Source: Aeromonas sp.
GTDB lineage: Bacteria; Pseudomonadota; Gammaproteobacteria; Enterobacterales; Aeromonadaceae
DNA: 64,000 nt
Direction: 5' to 3'
Assembly: GCA_051658125.1 (NCBI GenBank)
Contig: JBOFMA010000139.1
Span: 4,660-68,659 of the forward strand
Part shown: piece after piece, positions 61,652-64,000 of the stretch
Numbering within the stretch: the first letter of the stretch is position 1
Layout: the number at the start of each line of letters is the position of its first letter
The notes under the pieces: generated by a model
Seen by the model: only the letters and a program-made list of their open reading frames with translations
The model's database searches: none
What the model was told of the DNA's origin: nothing
Translations under genes and position numbers: made by a program

Positions 61652-61693
61652 ACCCAATAAAAAAGCCTGCAATTGCAGGCTTTTTTATTGGGT
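61652..61693. terminator. Bidirectional terminator between yijD and ssb
   Basis: 42-bp perfect palindrome ACCCAATAAAAAAGCCTGCAATTGCAGGCTTTTTTATTGGGT. Confidence 0.9.
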
Positions 61694-61725
61694 GGGCGTG
61701 GCCCGCGTTGGCTAATGGCCAAGAT

Positions 61726-62358
61726 CTAGAACGGAATATCGTCGTCAAAATCCATCGATGGCTCATTGGGCATCGGTGGTGGCGTTTGTGGCTGCGCAGG
61801 CGCTTGTGCTTGGCGTACGGGCGGCTGGCTTGGGCGACCGGCTGGGCGATCCCACTCTTGTGCGGGTGCTTGGTTAAACTCAGTCGGATGGCCGCTTTGC
61901 GCGCCACCATAGTTGCTTTGGTTGCTTTGGTTGTTATATTGCTGGCGCGGCGCTTGGTTATAGCCACCCTGACCGCCCATGTTGGTGTCCATGCCGGCAT
62001 TTTGGCTACGGCCGCCAAGCATTTGCATCACGCCGTTAAAGCCATCAACCAGCACTTCAGTGGTGTAGCGCTCTTGGCCGCTTTGGTCTTGCCATTTGCG
62101 CGTTTGCAGTTTGCCTTCCACGTAGACTTGCGAGCCTTTACGCAGGTATTCACCGGCGATCTCAGCCAATTTCCCCATCAACACCACGCGGTGCCATTCG
62201 GTGCGCTCTTTTTGCTCACCGGTTTGCTTATCGCGCCAGCTGTCTGAAGTCGCCAGGGTGATGTTGGTCACTGCGCCGCCACTAGGCATGTAGCGCACTT
62301 CAGGGTCTTGCCCCAGATTTCCGATCAAAATAACTTTGTTGATGCCGCGACTGGCCAT
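61726..62358 (-). CDS. ssb: Single-stranded DNA-binding protein
   Basis: [27 protein letters not shown]; C-terminal DFDDDIPF tip. Confidence 0.99.
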   Translation of the reverse strand: MASRGINKVILIGNLGQDPEVRYMPSGGAVTNITLATSDSWRDKQTGEQKERTEWHRVVLMGKLAEIAGEYLRKGSQVYVEGKLQTRKWQDQSGQERYTTEVLVDGFNGVMQMLGGRSQNAGMDTNMGGQGGYNQAPRQQYNNQSNQSNYGGAQSGHPTEFNQAPAQEWDRPAGRPSQPPVRQAQAPAQPQTPPPMPNEPSMDFDDDIPF

Positions 62359-62518
62359 GGTGTCTGTCTCATCGTGTGGTGAATGCCGCCGAATAGGCGA
62401 CGGCGAAAACGTGGGTTGGGCGTGCGGCGCACGGGGCGCTTATAGTAGCAGCCAACCCGCCTTGCTGCCCACAGGCAGCGGCGAAATTGTTGGCGCAAGG
62501 ATACCAAGCGCCGCGAGT

Positions 62519-62538
62519 GCCTGTCTATTCATCCAGTA
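62519..62538. promoter_or_regulatory. LexA (SOS) box in the divergent ssb/uvrA promoter region
   Basis: gcCTGtctattcatcCAGta = CTG-N10-CAG. Confidence 0.8.
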
Positions 62539-62589
62539 GTGGTTTGTGCCATAATTCGGCCCTTAGCAAACGCAACCAAGGCGCAGCAG

Positions 62590-64000
62590 ATGGAGCAGAT
62601 CACGGTTCGAGGTGCCCGCACCCACAATCTTAAAAACCTTAACGTCAATCTACCGCGCGACCAATTGATCGTGGTCACGGGACTGTCGGGATCGGGGAAA
62701 TCATCGCTCGCCTTTGACACCTTGTATGCCGAAGGACAGCGGCGCTATGTGGAATCCCTGTCTGCTTATGCGCGGCAGTTTTTGTCCTTGATGGAAAAGC
62801 CCGATGTGGACCACATCGAGGGGCTGTCACCCGCGATCTCGATCGAGCAAAAGTCGACCTCGCACAATCCGCGCTCCACCGTCGGTACTATTACCGAAAT
62901 TCACGATTATCTGCGTTTGCTGTTTGCCCGTGTGGGCGAGCCGCGCTGCCCCGAGCATGATTTGCCACTGGCGGCGCAAACGGTAAGCCAAATGGTGGAC
63001 CAAGTGCTAGCACTGCCGGAAGGTACGGCGCTATTGTTGCTGGCGCCGGTGGTGCGTGAGCGCAAAGGTGAGCATGTAAAGCTGCTCGAAAGCCTCGCCA
63101 GTCAAGGTTTTATTCGGGCCCGCATCGATGGCGAGGTGTGCGACTTGTCCGACCCACCCACGCTTGAGTTGCAAAAAAAGCACACCATCGAAGTGGTGGT
63201 GGATCGCTTTAAAGTGCGCGCTGATTTGGCGCCGCGTTTGGCCGAATCGATGGAAACCGCCTTGGCGCTCTCCGGCGGCATCGTGCTGGTCGCACCTATG
63301 GCTGCGGAGAGTGAGTTAGCCACGCTGACTTTTTCTGCCAACTTTGCCTGCCCCGAATGCGGTTATGCGATTAGCGAACTCGAGCCGCGCATTTTCTCTT
63401 TTAATAATCCGGCCGGCGCTTGCCCAACCTGCGATGGGCTAGGCGTGCAGCAATATTTTGATCCAGACAAGATCATCCACGATCCCAGCTTGAGTCTGGC
63501 TGCGGGGGCTATTCGCGGCTGGGATAAGCGCAGTTTTTATTACTTTCAAATGCTCAAAGCGCTGAGCGAGCACTATGGCTTTGATGTGGAGGCGCCGTGG
63601 CAAGAGATCCCGCGCAAAATCCAAGAGGTGATTTTGCGCGGTTCGCAAGGGCGCGAGGTGGCGTTTCGTTACACCAATGATCGCGGTGATGTGGTGCTGC
63701 GCAAACACAGCTTTGAAGGCGTGCTCAATAACATGGCGCGCCGCTACCGCGAGACCGAATCAAGCAGTGTGCGCGATGAGTTGGCGAAATATATCGCCAA
63801 CCAGCCGTGCAGTCACTGCGGTGGCAGCCGGCTAAAAGCCGAAGCGCGGCATGTGTTTATCAATCAGGTGAATTTGCCGACCATTAGCGAACTGTCGATT
63901 GGCGCTGCGCTCGCGTTTTTTAGTGCGCTGAGCTTAACCGGCCAGCGGGCGCAAATTGCCGAAAAGATCTTAAAAGAGATCACCGAGCGCTTGGGCTTTT
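62590..64000 (+). CDS. uvrA: Excinuclease ABC subunit UvrA; 3'-truncated by window edge and not in the ORF track
   Basis: [50 protein letters not shown] and the [15 protein letters not shown] zinc finger. Confidence 0.99.
   Translation, partial: MEQITVRGARTHNLKNLNVNLPRDQLIVVTGLSGSGKSSLAFDTLYAEGQRRYVESLSAYARQFLSLMEKPDVDHIEGLSPAISIEQKSTSHNPRSTVGTITEIHDYLRLLFARVGEPRCPEHDLPLAAQTVSQMVDQVLALPEGTALLLLAPVVRERKGEHVKLLESLASQGFIRARIDGEVCDLSDPPTLELQKKHTIEVVVDRFKVRADLAPRLAESMETALALSGGIVLVAPMAAESELATLTFSANFACPECGYAISELEPRIFSFNNPAGACPTCDGLGVQQYFDPDKIIHDPSLSLAAGAIRGWDKRSFYYFQMLKALSEHYGFDVEAPWQEIPRKIQEVILRGSQGREVAFRYTNDRGDVVLRKHSFEGVLNNMARRYRETESSSVRDELAKYIANQPCSHCGGSRLKAEARHVFINQVNLPTISELSIGAALAFFSALSLTGQRAQIAEKILKEITERLGF

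Noticed and set aside
61708-62247. 179-aa ORF antisense to ssb
   Set aside because: Shadow ORF with no RBS or domain.

Overview
A 64 kb stretch of core chromosome from a gammaproteobacterium of roughly 58-60% GC. Gene content and order look Aeromonadales-like (inference). It carries housekeeping loci: glpX, hemCDXY, mutS, argR-artPIQM-mdh, pit, rsmC, glgA, cyaA-cyaY-lptM-lysA-dapF-xerC-yigB, pssA, recG, dtd-yihY, ampD, aceEF-lpdA, pncC-recA-recX-alaS-csrA, fabR-yijD and ssb/uvrA. There are nine tRNA genes (3 Leu-CAG, 2 Ser-TGA, 1 Ser-GCT, 3 Arg-ACG). No CRISPR array, transposase or intact integrase was seen. Four things stand out. (1) An AT-rich six-gene cluster after the tRNA-Ser/Arg operon (murQ, murP, secreted two-domain NagZ, porin, unknown secreted protein, NamZ/DUF1343) looks like a complete pathway for scavenging exogenous peptidoglycan glycan; the unknown protein has a lysozyme/chitosanase-like motif and may be a new endo-muramidase. 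(2) A translationally coupled pair of a coiled-coil J-domain (HPD) protein and a protein with plant-NLR-type 24-residue leucine-rich repeats lies near tRNA-Ser. (3) The gene at the canonical xerC locus is intact but lacks three of the six catalytic residues. (4) Two identical tRNA-Ser transcription units flank a membrane-anchored winged-helix protein. Also seen: an MgtC/SapB-DUF4010 pseudogene, several missing or relocated genes relative to conserved neighbourhoods, and LexA boxes at recA, uvrA/ssb and probably recG. Family assignments are from motif recognition only; no database searches were run.
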